This document shows, piece by piece, positions 1 through 6,805 of a stretch of 27,355 nt of DNA. The position numbers and the translations under genes were made by a program. The number at the start of each line of letters is the position of its first letter. Positions within the stretch are counted from its first letter, which is position 1. This DNA comes from a virus, in the IMG/VR virus record IMGVR_UViG_3300045988_120747, positions 1 to 27,355 of that record; one strand, 5' to 3'. A model generated the notes under the pieces. That model ran no database searches, was not told the DNA's origin, and saw only the letters and a list, made by a program, of their open reading frames with translations.

Positions 1-99
1 CTGAGCGCCGAGCAGTTCACGGCGCTGATGTCTGAGGCAATGGCAGCCTTTGAGGCCGGGCGCAAGACCACGGTCGAGGTCGAGCCTTCAAAAAAAAAC
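1..99. repeat. Terminal direct repeat copy 1, an exact duplicate of 27257..27355; overlap of a circularly closed contig
   Basis: Read directly: bases 1-99 (ctgagcgccgagcagttc...gagccttcaaaaaaaaac) recur base-for-base at 27257-27355. The repeat lies inside a CDS, not at a physical genome end. Confidence 0.95.
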
Positions 100-126
100 G
101 AGGTCAGCCGACCCGAAACAGAGTAG
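1..126 (+). CDS. 3' end of the tail assembly chaperone (gpG-like) gene that starts at 27014 and continues across the circular junction; stop TAG 124..126
   Basis: Frame 1 is open from base 1 (LSAEQFTALMSEAMAAFEAGRKTTVEVEPSKKNEVSRPETE*). Bases 1-99 duplicate the end of the 27014 ORF in the same frame. Confidence 0.8.
   Translation: MSAEQFTALMSEAMAAFEAGRKTTVEVEPSKKNEVSRPETE
90..99 (+). other. Slippery run A9-C (tcA AAA AAA AAC): candidate programmed -1 ribosomal frameshift site of the chaperone G/GT pair (second copy at 27346..27355)
   Basis: Nine consecutive A then C in the zero frame near the end of the chaperone ORF. It contains both A_AAA_AAA and A_AAA_AAC heptamers. The -1 frame is open downstream. 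Confidence 0.65.
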
Positions 127-260
127 AAATCAATCTGGCTTGGTATCTCTTCTATGGCCGGATGCTGAATATGAGCAGACAGGAGATCATTAACACACGC
201 TACGGCAAACATGACAGTAACTGCCCCGACATCGATGCGCGCCCTGCTGGGCGGTACTGA
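96..260 (+). CDS. -1 frame extension (gpT-like part of the chaperone GT fusion), apparently cut short
   Basis: After a -1 slip, frame 3 reads K-RGQPTRNRVEINLAWYLFYGRMLNMSRQEIINTRYGKHDSNCPDIDARPAGRY*, with stop TGA at 258..260. It has no start codon or RBS of its own and lies directly after the major tail and chaperone genes. Confidence 0.55.
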   Translation, partial: KRGQPTRNRVEINLAWYLFYGRMLNMSRQEIINTRYGKHDSNCPDIDARPAGRY

Positions 261-1668
261 GGGCAGCGTACTCGACACGTACCGCGGCGAATTCTTCTTC
301 ACACACTTCCTCACGCAGCTGCTTACGTCACGCGGGCAGAACCGCGGCGTAGTCATACGCTACGGGAAAAACCTTATAGACCTCCGGCAGGAGGAGAACA
401 TTTCCAAGATGTACACCGGGGTATATCCGTATTACGTCGACAGCGAGACCGGAGAGATAACCCAGCTGCCCGACAAAATTGTAGCTGTCCCCGGCACATT
501 TGACTTCATCAACATCCTCATGCTGGACGTCTCGGGAGACTTCGACAGCCCGCCAACCGCGCAGCAGCTTATTCTCAGAGCGCAGAGCTATATCAACGAC
601 AACAATTTAGGAATACCGACCGTCTCCATCTCACTGAGCTATCAAGACATTGCCAGATTGATGGATTCAGCAGCGCCGCCCGAAATGATCAAGCTGTGCG
701 ATACCGTCACGGTCATTTATGAGAAGCTCGGCATTGAGACCACAGCCAAGGTCACGGAAACAGAGTACGATGTGCTGCGCGACAGGTACACTTCAATCAA
801 CATCGGTGACATCCGCGCGAACATTGCTGACACCATATACAGCAACGCGCAGGCGGTCGAGCAAACCGCTATTGACCTCCGCACCGAGACAGGCAAGGCA
901 ATAGCCAACGCGACGCAGCTCATCACGGGCACCAAGGGCGGCAACTTCGTCTTCCAGTTCAACTCCGACGGAAAGCCGATGGGCTTTTCCATCATGGACA
1001 CCGACGATGTGCTGACCGCAACCAATGTATGGCGCTTCAATCTCGGCGGCCTCGGGTACAGCTCCAAAGGCTATAACGGGCCGTTCGGGACAGCAATCAC
1101 GCAGGACGGTAAGATCGTTGCCGACTTTATACAGGCGGGCGCGCTATCCTCGGAGAATGTCACTGTGGGTGGGTTCACGCTCTCCGCGAGCTCACTCAGA
1201 AACGGCATGACGGCGCTCGACGACACAACGCATGACGGTGTGTATGTCGGGCTTGACGGCATAGCGCTCGGCAAAGGCGCATTCAAGGTTGACAAATACG
1301 GCAATCTCACTGCCACCAGCGGCAAGTTCACCGGCAGCGTCTACGCTTCCAGCATCCTGACCGAGGCCGAAGAAACCGGAGCGGGCTACATCGAGGGGAA
1401 TCAAGTTGGAGACTATACACTCTCCGGCGGCAGTGGCGGCAATCTTGCATATGACACAGTTGCCCCGGGAAACAACGACTCAACACTCAGCGGTTATGTC
1501 TCTCGCGGGACCACCGCATACGGGCAGTGCAACGGCGGGAATATCAGCAGCAATTATATCAGCGTTAATTCTCTGGCGGCTGGCGCACTCGGCATCGGCG
1601 GGCATGACTGCTATTTAGGGACACTATCGATTAACGGGATATCACACAATGTTGTTATGTGGGAATAA
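211..1668 (+). CDS. Tail-tip protein (Tal; Prophage_tail / phage minor structural protein family), N-terminally truncated
   Basis: Motifs ALLGGTEGSVLDTYRGEFFF, RGQNRGVVIRYGKNLIDLRQEENISKMYTGVYPYY, NVWRFNLGGLGYSSKGYNGPFGTAITQDGKIVADFIQAG are typical of Firmicute siphophage Tal proteins. From memory the first motif is internal in full-length members. There is no RBS before ATG 211. Confidence 0.8.
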   Translation: MTVTAPTSMRALLGGTEGSVLDTYRGEFFFTHFLTQLLTSRGQNRGVVIRYGKNLIDLRQEENISKMYTGVYPYYVDSETGEITQLPDKIVAVPGTFDFINILMLDVSGDFDSPPTAQQLILRAQSYINDNNLGIPTVSISLSYQDIARLMDSAAPPEMIKLCDTVTVIYEKLGIETTAKVTETEYDVLRDRYTSINIGDIRANIADTIYSNAQAVEQTAIDLRTETGKAIANATQLITGTKGGNFVFQFNSDGKPMGFSIMDTDDVLTATNVWRFNLGGLGYSSKGYNGPFGTAITQDGKIVADFIQAGALSSENVTVGGFTLSASSLRNGMTALDDTTHDGVYVGLDGIALGKGAFKVDKYGNLTATSGKFTGSVYASSILTEAEETGAGYIEGNQVGDYTLSGGSGGNLAYDTVAPGNNDSTLSGYVSRGTTAYGQCNGGNISSNYISVNSLAAGALGIGGHDCYLGTLSINGISHNVVMWE

Positions 1669-1686
1669 TCCCCGAAAGGAGAAATT

Positions 1687-1935
1687 ATGACAGTAGAAAC
1701 AGCCGGAAAATCTTTTGAACTTAAACTCTACGGGCAAATCGAGGAAAACAAGCTGTCCATAGAGTTTGTAGGCACATTCACCGATGCGATCCTCTACCTC
1801 ACGAGCGGGCATCTTGACATAAAGATGAATGACGACCGCACACGCACGTACGACGGATTCACATCAGCTGTATCGGTTCAGCGCGGACTGAAACCCAACT
1901 ATACGAACGTCGTTCTTGAGAGGGTGACGGCATGA
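1687..1935 (+). CDS. Hypothetical tail-associated protein (82 aa)
   Basis: ATG preceded by aaaggag RBS, lying between Tal and the fibre genes. No recognisable domain. Confidence 0.6.
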   Translation: MTVETAGKSFELKLYGQIEENKLSIEFVGTFTDAILYLTSGHLDIKMNDDRTRTYDGFTSAVSVQRGLKPNYTNVVLERVTA

Positions 1936-2111
1936 AACGGGAAGAAAGACTCAAGGCCGTCCGCCGGACACTCGAAGAAATCGACGTGCGCGGCAGAGGC
2001 AACATCGATAAAATGCTCGGCTGCATGATGATGCTCGATCAGATTATAGCCGAGGAGTCGCGGCCTGCACAGGAGGCGAAAGATGAAAGTAACATCTCAG
2101 ATAACGGTTGA
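1932..2111 (+). CDS. Small hypothetical protein (59 aa; below the ORF-track cutoff)
   Basis: ATG overlaps the upstream stop (gcATGA). Translation: MKREERLKAVRRTLEEIDVRGRGNIDKMLGCMMMLDQIIAEESRPAQEAKDESNISDNG*. It overlaps the next gene by 29 nt. Confidence 0.45.
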   Translation: MKREERLKAVRRTLEEIDVRGRGNIDKMLGCMMMLDQIIAEESRPAQEAKDESNISDNG

Positions 2112-3306
2112 CCTGCTTCACCCCAATGTGGCGACGCTGGTTTATGCGAAACAGGCCGACCAGCAGAGCCGCTTTATCTCTGCCGCATTGCTGGAGGGGT
2201 CGCAGCCATGGACACCCCCGACGGGTGCGCTCACCGCTGTAAGGTACCGGAAGCCAGACGGAACTATAGGCTGGTATGACACGACCGAGAACAAGGCCGC
2301 AGCCGTCACCATGAACGGCAACGTCGCTACGATCCAGCTTGCGGCACAGGCGCTGACCGTGAGCGGGGATGTGTATATCGAACTTGAGTTTTACACGCAG
2401 AGCGCCGAAAAGCTTTCAAGCTTCGCATGGGTGCTCGCTGTCGAAGCAAGTGCGGTAAGCGACGGCGAGATTGAAAGCTCGGATTATTTCAATGTTCTGG
2501 CCGAAACGCTCGCCGAGATAGTCAAAGCAATCCCTGACATCCAAAAAGCCAGCGAATATGCTCAGGCAGCCGCACAGTCGGCAACTCAGGCAGCAAACTC
2601 GGAAGCAGCGGCTGAGGCATCTGAACAGGCGGCGGCAGCTTCGGCAACGCAAGCGGCTGAATCCGAAGAGAATAGCGCAACTTCGGCACAAAACAGCAGT
2701 CAAAGCGCCGCAGCGTCGCAGACTTCCGCTGAGGCGGCGGCAGCAAGTCAGCAACTCGCCGCCTCAGCAGCGCAGACAGCAAGCGCTTCCGCTGCTTCGG
2801 CGGCCGAGTCCGAGGAGAATGCAGGAGAGTCGGCGCAGAACAGCGAAGCATGGGCAGTTGGAACCAGAGGCGGACAGGCCGTACCTGCTTCCGACGAAAC
2901 CCACAACAATAATTCAAAGTATTGGGCGCAGCAGGCCGCTGCAGCGGCTGGCGGCGGCGTGATAACGTTCAACGGACGCAGTGGCACCGTGGTGCCAGCA
3001 AACGGGGATTACACCCCCGAGATGGTCGGCGCAGCTCCCGCAATAAAAACGGCAACAGTCACGCTGCCGGTCACATCGTGGACGGGCAGCGCATCACCGT
3101 ACTCGCAGACGGTCACGATCAACGGCGCCACAGCGAATAGCCGTATTGACATTGATCCCGACACCACTGTTATGAACGGAGCAATGGATGGCGGCTACGG
3201 CCTTGTATTTGGCAACAACGCCGGAACTATCACCGCTTATGCAGTCGGAGATAAACCCACTGCGGCAATCACCGTGCAGGTGAGCATCACGGAGGTGACA
3301 GCATGA
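2083..3306 (+). CDS. BppU-N-like baseplate/tail fibre protein with an Ala/Ser/Gln/Glu-rich fibre shaft
   Basis: The N-terminus (ITVDLLHPNVATLVYAKQADQQSRFISAALLEGSQPW) resembles the BppU N-terminal domain. The central low-complexity repeats SATQAA(N/E)SE..., then SEAWAVG....NNSKYWAQQA, are typical of phage fibres. AGGAGG RBS. Confidence 0.7.
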   Translation: MKVTSQITVDLLHPNVATLVYAKQADQQSRFISAALLEGSQPWTPPTGALTAVRYRKPDGTIGWYDTTENKAAAVTMNGNVATIQLAAQALTVSGDVYIELEFYTQSAEKLSSFAWVLAVEASAVSDGEIESSDYFNVLAETLAEIVKAIPDIQKASEYAQAAAQSATQAANSEAAAEASEQAAAASATQAAESEENSATSAQNSSQSAAASQTSAEAAAASQQLAASAAQTASASAASAAESEENAGESAQNSEAWAVGTRGGQAVPASDETHNNNSKYWAQQAAAAAGGGVITFNGRSGTVVPANGDYTPEMVGAAPAIKTATVTLPVTSWTGSASPYSQTVTINGATANSRIDIDPDTTVMNGAMDGGYGLVFGNNAGTITAYAVGDKPTAAITVQVSITEVTA

Positions 3307-4310
3307 GTGAGATATTCGGCAACGGCATCATGGGCGGCGGGGGACTGACTAACTCAAAGCTTGCCCTCGCCAACGCGCAGGCCGCAGATGTACGCAGCGG
3401 TAAAAAGTTCTATGCCGGAGACAAACAGATCAAGACCGGCGCCCTTGCCGACGTTACGCAGGCCACGCCCGCAATAACGGTCGACGCTGCTGGGAAGATC
3501 ACCGCCTCGGCCACACAGGCCGCGGGCGTAGTCGCCGCCGGGACTAAGTCCGCAACGAAGCAGCTGCCAGTTCAAGCGGCGAAGACTGTAATTCCATCGG
3601 CATCCGCCCAGACCGCCGTCGGAGAGGGTGTATTCACGACCGGGATCGTCACCGTCGCCGCCGTCTATGCTGTGATCGACGTGACATACCCCTCGGGGAG
3701 CGTCTGCACCTGTTCAAATGGCAGCGTGACGCTGACAGCGAAGGATACCACCGGTAAAGCGATATTTGTTATCCCCTCCGCCGGAACGTGGACGGTCACG
3801 GCGGTCAGCGGCAGCAAGAGCACGAGCAAGGCCGTGAGCATCACAGCTGAGGGGCAGGTCGAGACCGTGGAGCTGACGTATGGGCTCTATATCTTTAAAA
3901 ATGGATCGGGGCTGACGTCCGGGTACTCAATCAAGAGCAACAGCATGATTTCTGCGCCGACAGTTTCAGGCGACACAATCAGTTGGTCTGGCAACTCCAG
4001 CAGCGGCGGCGTAGCATTCTATATCGACCCCGCCGTCGCGTTGAGTGGCTATACAAAACTGTGTTTCGATTTTGAGTGCTCATACAACTACGGCGGGAAC
4101 TACGGCATGGGATTTGGCGTCGGCACAGATGCCGCGGCCTCCACTACGATCAATAATACTAACTGGACTGCCAAAGTTACCAGCACAGCGCAGGGCACAA
4201 TTGCCCGGAATACGGTGCAGTGCGATATATCGGCGCTGACAGACTCGGAGTATATTAAAGTCGTAGGATCATATTCTGCCGGCGAAATCTATAACATCTG
4301 GCTTGAATGA
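3303..4310 (+). CDS. Putative tail fibre / receptor-binding protein
   Basis: ATGA overlap with the upstream fibre gene. The N-terminal motif ANAQAADVRSGKKFYAGDKQIKTG is common in gut Firmicute phage fibre proteins. The C-terminal half is Gly/Ser/Thr-rich and looks beta-rich. Confidence 0.55.
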   Translation: MSEIFGNGIMGGGGLTNSKLALANAQAADVRSGKKFYAGDKQIKTGALADVTQATPAITVDAAGKITASATQAAGVVAAGTKSATKQLPVQAAKTVIPSASAQTAVGEGVFTTGIVTVAAVYAVIDVTYPSGSVCTCSNGSVTLTAKDTTGKAIFVIPSAGTWTVTAVSGSKSTSKAVSITAEGQVETVELTYGLYIFKNGSGLTSGYSIKSNSMISAPTVSGDTISWSGNSSSGGVAFYIDPAVALSGYTKLCFDFECSYNYGGNYGMGFGVGTDAAASTTINNTNWTAKVTSTAQGTIARNTVQCDISALTDSEYIKVVGSYSAGEIYNIWLE

Positions 4311-4321
4311 GGGGGCGCAGC

Positions 4322-4621
4322 ATGACAATCTACATAGACAGCGATTATAAATGTTACGTCTCCGCATCTGACGGACGCAGAGCAATTGAGGTTAACGACT
4401 TCAATGGCAAATGCCCGGAATGGATAGAAAGTTACCGCTTCGTCCCCGAGGGCGAGACATGGACGCGCGAGGACGGAGAGGTGTTCACGAACATGGCAGC
4501 GCCGTGGAAGGACTTGGGCGAGGCTTACGCGGCGCAGACGGCGTACGTGGCGGCGCAGAATGCGCAGTACGAAGCGGCTTTATCGGAGATAGAGGTAGCG
4601 CTGGGGGTGAATGCTGAATGA
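4322..4621 (+). CDS. Hypothetical protein (start moved to the second ATG, which has an RBS)
   Basis: gaggggg RBS lies 6 nt before ATG 4322. Product: MTIYIDSDYKCYVSASDGRRAIEVNDFNGKCPEWIESYRFVPEGETW... This type of small protein recurs after fibre genes in Clostridia phages (recollection). Confidence 0.6.
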   Translation: MTIYIDSDYKCYVSASDGRRAIEVNDFNGKCPEWIESYRFVPEGETWTREDGEVFTNMAAPWKDLGEAYAAQTAYVAAQNAQYEAALSEIEVALGVNAE

Positions 4622-4746
4622 CGATAGAAGAACGGAAGAATGTCATCCTTGCCAAAATCGCGGAAATAAAGCAGGGTGGAACTGATGAGGAAAAGCAGGA
4701 CATGCAAAACGCCTTGAACGTGCTGGGGGTGACGGTCAATGAGTAA
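4618..4746 (+). CDS. Micro-ORF (42 aa), hypothetical
   Basis: ATGA overlap with the upstream stop. Product: MTIEERKNVILAKIAEIKQGGTDEEKQDMQNALNVLGVTVNE*. Confidence 0.4.
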   Translation: MTIEERKNVILAKIAEIKQGGTDEEKQDMQNALNVLGVTVNE

Positions 4747-4906
4747 AGGCAAATGGACGATAGCTGCGGAGGAAGTAGCCGCCGACACCAAGACCGCACT
4801 GCAAACGGTTTATGACGCGTTGAATCAGGGGCAGCAGAAGAAGATACTCAAGGACGCTCGGGTCAAGGCTCTGTTCGACCGGTACGGCGTGGAGTATACG
4901 GAGTGA
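4739..4906 (+). CDS. Micro-ORF (55 aa), hypothetical
   Basis: gggggtga RBS. Product: MSKGKWTIAAEEVAADTKTALQTVYDALNQGQQKKILKDARVKALFDRYGVEYTE*. Confidence 0.45.
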   Translation: MSKGKWTIAAEEVAADTKTALQTVYDALNQGQQKKILKDARVKALFDRYGVEYTE

Positions 4907-4921
4907 GGAGGTAACTGAGTA

Positions 4922-5023
4922 ATGGACGACGATAAGACCGACAGCGGTTTGCTGACGGAAGATGCCCAGGAGAGTGTAGACCCGACAGGGTGGCTGCTCT
5001 CAAGATTTACGACAGTAACATAA
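4922..5023 (+). CDS. Micro-ORF (33 aa), hypothetical
   Basis: GGAGG lies 10 nt upstream of the ATG. Product: MDDDKTDSGLLTEDAQESVDPTGWLLSRFTTVT*. Confidence 0.3.
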   Translation: MDDDKTDSGLLTEDAQESVDPTGWLLSRFTTVT

Positions 5024-5036
5024 GGAGGAAAACCAG

Positions 5037-5357
5037 ATGAAAGCAATGCTATCACAGCCGATGAACGGCAAACCCGAAGAGGAAATTGTAGCAACGCGAG
5101 AGCGGGCAATAGCCGCGCTTGAGAGCAAGGGCTACGAGGTAGTGAACACACTGTTCACGGATGAATGGTACAGCGACGCAAAATGCAAGGAACGCGGTGT
5201 CGTCAATATTCCGCTGTTGTTCCTTGCGAGGTCTATAACGAACATGAGCCTTTGCCATGCGGCGTATTTCTGCAAAGGATGGAAGAATGCCAGAGGCTGC
5301 ATACTCGAGCACGCTGTCGCCAAGGCTTACGGCCTGACCATCCTTTATGAGGAGTAA
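5037..5357 (+). CDS. DUF4406-like protein (nucleoside 2-deoxyribosyltransferase-like fold)
   Basis: aaggagg RBS. The pattern SQPMNGKPEEEI...GYEVVN...CHAAYFCKGWKNARGCILEHAVAKAYGLTI matches my recollection of the DUF4406 family (PMxG ... GW..S/ARG...E). Confidence 0.55.
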   Translation: MKAMLSQPMNGKPEEEIVATRERAIAALESKGYEVVNTLFTDEWYSDAKCKERGVVNIPLLFLARSITNMSLCHAAYFCKGWKNARGCILEHAVAKAYGLTILYEE

Positions 5358-5362
5358 TCATC

Positions 5363-6070
5363 ATGGGAGTTATAGACAATGCAGTGACCCGCGCGCTGGA
5401 GATAGCGGCGGACGACAGCCACGGCTACGATCAGGCCAACCGCTGGGGGCCTGACTACGATTGCAGCAGTCTGGTGATATCCGCGTTTAAGAAAGCCGGA
5501 GTTCCGCTCAGCTGCACTTACACGGGCAACATGCGCGGAGATATGCTGCGCTGCGGCTTCGAGGACGTGACGGGCAGCGTCGACCTCAGCACCGGCGCGG
5601 GGCTTGAGCGCGGCGACGTGCTCTTGAACCACGTGCATCACACCGCCCTGTATATCGGCGGCGGACAGCTCGTGCAGGCAAGCATCAACGAATATGGCAC
5701 TACGACCGGAGGCCGGACCGGCGACCAGACCGGGCGCGAGATATACACGCGCGGATACTACAACTATCCGTGGGACTGCGTACTGCGCTACACCGGGGCA
5801 GAACCGGACACGGTGCCGGCCACAAAGAAGCCGACACGCTATGTCACTGTCGAGCTGCCCATGCTGGAGGACGGCCAGACCGGCGTGGTTGTTGCGATGC
5901 TTCAGGCGGCCTTGAAGTATCTTGGCTATGATCCTAAGTGGATCGACGGCGAGTTCGGAACCAGGACGCGCAATATGCTCATGGCCTATCAGGCGGAGCA
6001 CGGCCTTGAAGCTGACGGCATCTGCGGCGCGGCCACGTACAAGAGCTTGATAGGAGGTGGACAGAAATGA
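5363..6070 (+). CDS. Endolysin: NlpC/P60-type cysteine peptidase plus a C-terminal PG_binding_1 domain
   Basis: Catalytic-type motifs are YDCSSLV (Cys) and HHTALYIGGG (His). The C-terminus LQAALKYLGYDPKWIDGEFGTRTRNMLMAYQAEHGLEADGICG is a classic peptidoglycan-binding repeat. Confidence 0.9.
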   Translation: MGVIDNAVTRALEIAADDSHGYDQANRWGPDYDCSSLVISAFKKAGVPLSCTYTGNMRGDMLRCGFEDVTGSVDLSTGAGLERGDVLLNHVHHTALYIGGGQLVQASINEYGTTTGGRTGDQTGREIYTRGYYNYPWDCVLRYTGAEPDTVPATKKPTRYVTVELPMLEDGQTGVVVAMLQAALKYLGYDPKWIDGEFGTRTRNMLMAYQAEHGLEADGICGAATYKSLIGGGQK

Positions 6071-6154
6071 CGAAAATTCTGACATGAACCGGCGCGGCAA
6101 GTAACTATATGCACGAAAAACCATGATTTTTGACAACATGAAGGAGAAACAAAA

Positions 6155-6652
6155 ATGAATGCACCTGAAAAAGCCTTACAGTTCAAGGCATGGATCGTCG
6201 CAGCTATCGCATTCCTCACAGCATTGTGGGGCTGGGTAGGCTGGGCTGTAATAATCTGGGTCGCCTGTATAGTCCTCGACTATGCCACGGGAACCTGGGC
6301 CGCGAAGAGCGCCGGGGACTGGTCGTCCGCCGTAGCGAGAGCGGGACTGTGGCACAAGCTGGGCGAGATCGTCGCCGTGCTTGTGGCGGCGCTCTGCGAT
6401 ATAGCAATTAGTGTAATAATTAACGGTGCCGGCATAGACATCGGCATAACGTTCGGGACGCTCATCACGCCGGTCGTGCTGCTCTGGTACATAATAACAG
6501 AGCTCGGCAGCATCGTCGAGAACGCTGGAAAGCTCGGCGCGCCTATCCCGGAATGGCTTAAGAAGTGGCTCAGAAATTATAAAGACAAGATAGATTCAGA
6601 TCACGAGCCACCCGTTGAAATAATCGAGTCGGAAGAAACTCAGAACGAATAA
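6155..6652 (+). CDS. Holin (phage_holin_4_1 / LL-H-type family)
   Basis: Several transmembrane helices. The motifs DYATGTWAAK, GLWHKLGEIV and ELGSIVENAGKLGAPIP are typical of this holin family. It lies next to the endolysin. Confidence 0.85.
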   Translation: MNAPEKALQFKAWIVAAIAFLTALWGWVGWAVIIWVACIVLDYATGTWAAKSAGDWSSAVARAGLWHKLGEIVAVLVAALCDIAISVIINGAGIDIGITFGTLITPVVLLWYIITELGSIVENAGKLGAPIPEWLKKWLRNYKDKIDSDHEPPVEIIESEETQNE

Positions 6653-6703
6653 GCAACACGCGCCGCGTGCAGTCGAAGGCTTGCGTACCTACGCGGGGGT
6701 AGC

Positions 6704-6728
6704 AACTGCTTCCAAAATGGAAGCAGTT
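6704..6728. other. Perfect 10-bp-stem hairpin in the holin-integrase intergenic region (candidate attP region 6653..6770)
   Basis: aactgcttcc-aaaat-ggaagcagtt. It is flanked by an imperfect inverted pair gcgtgcag (6666..6673) / ctgcaccc (6736..6743). Confidence 0.5.
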
Positions 6729-6764
6729 ATATAGGCTGCACCCGCAGATACAAAAGAATAGAGC

Positions 6765-6805
6765 AAAAAAGAACCGAGCGGGTTATTCCGCTCGGCTCTT
6801 TTTTT
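6765..6805. terminator. Bidirectional rho-independent terminator shared by the lysis operon and the integrase
   Basis: A6 - ccgagcgg - gttatt - ccgctcgg - T7. The integrase stop codon (6783..6785) lies in the loop. Confidence 0.75.

Noticed and set aside
2416-2987. Four overlapping alternate-frame or antisense ORFs and apparent DNA repetitiveness inside the fibre gene; considered as a tandem repeat or CRISPR-like array
   Set aside because: The repetition is degenerate codon-level repetition encoding an Ala/Ser/Gln/Glu fibre shaft. There are no exact repeat-spacer units, and the extra ORFs are by-products of low-complexity GC-rich sequence.
5345-6139. 264-aa minus-strand ORF covering the endolysin gene
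   Set aside because: It is antisense to a gene with clear NlpC/P60 and PG-binding motifs. Its Arg/Ala/Leu-rich composition is typical of antisense frames in GC-rich DNA, and it has no RBS.
6693-6703. An 11-mer gcgggggtagc shared between the attP-region gap and the putative cos region (21505..21515)
   Set aside because: A single 11-nt match is expected many times by chance in 27 kb, and the surrounding sequence is not similar.
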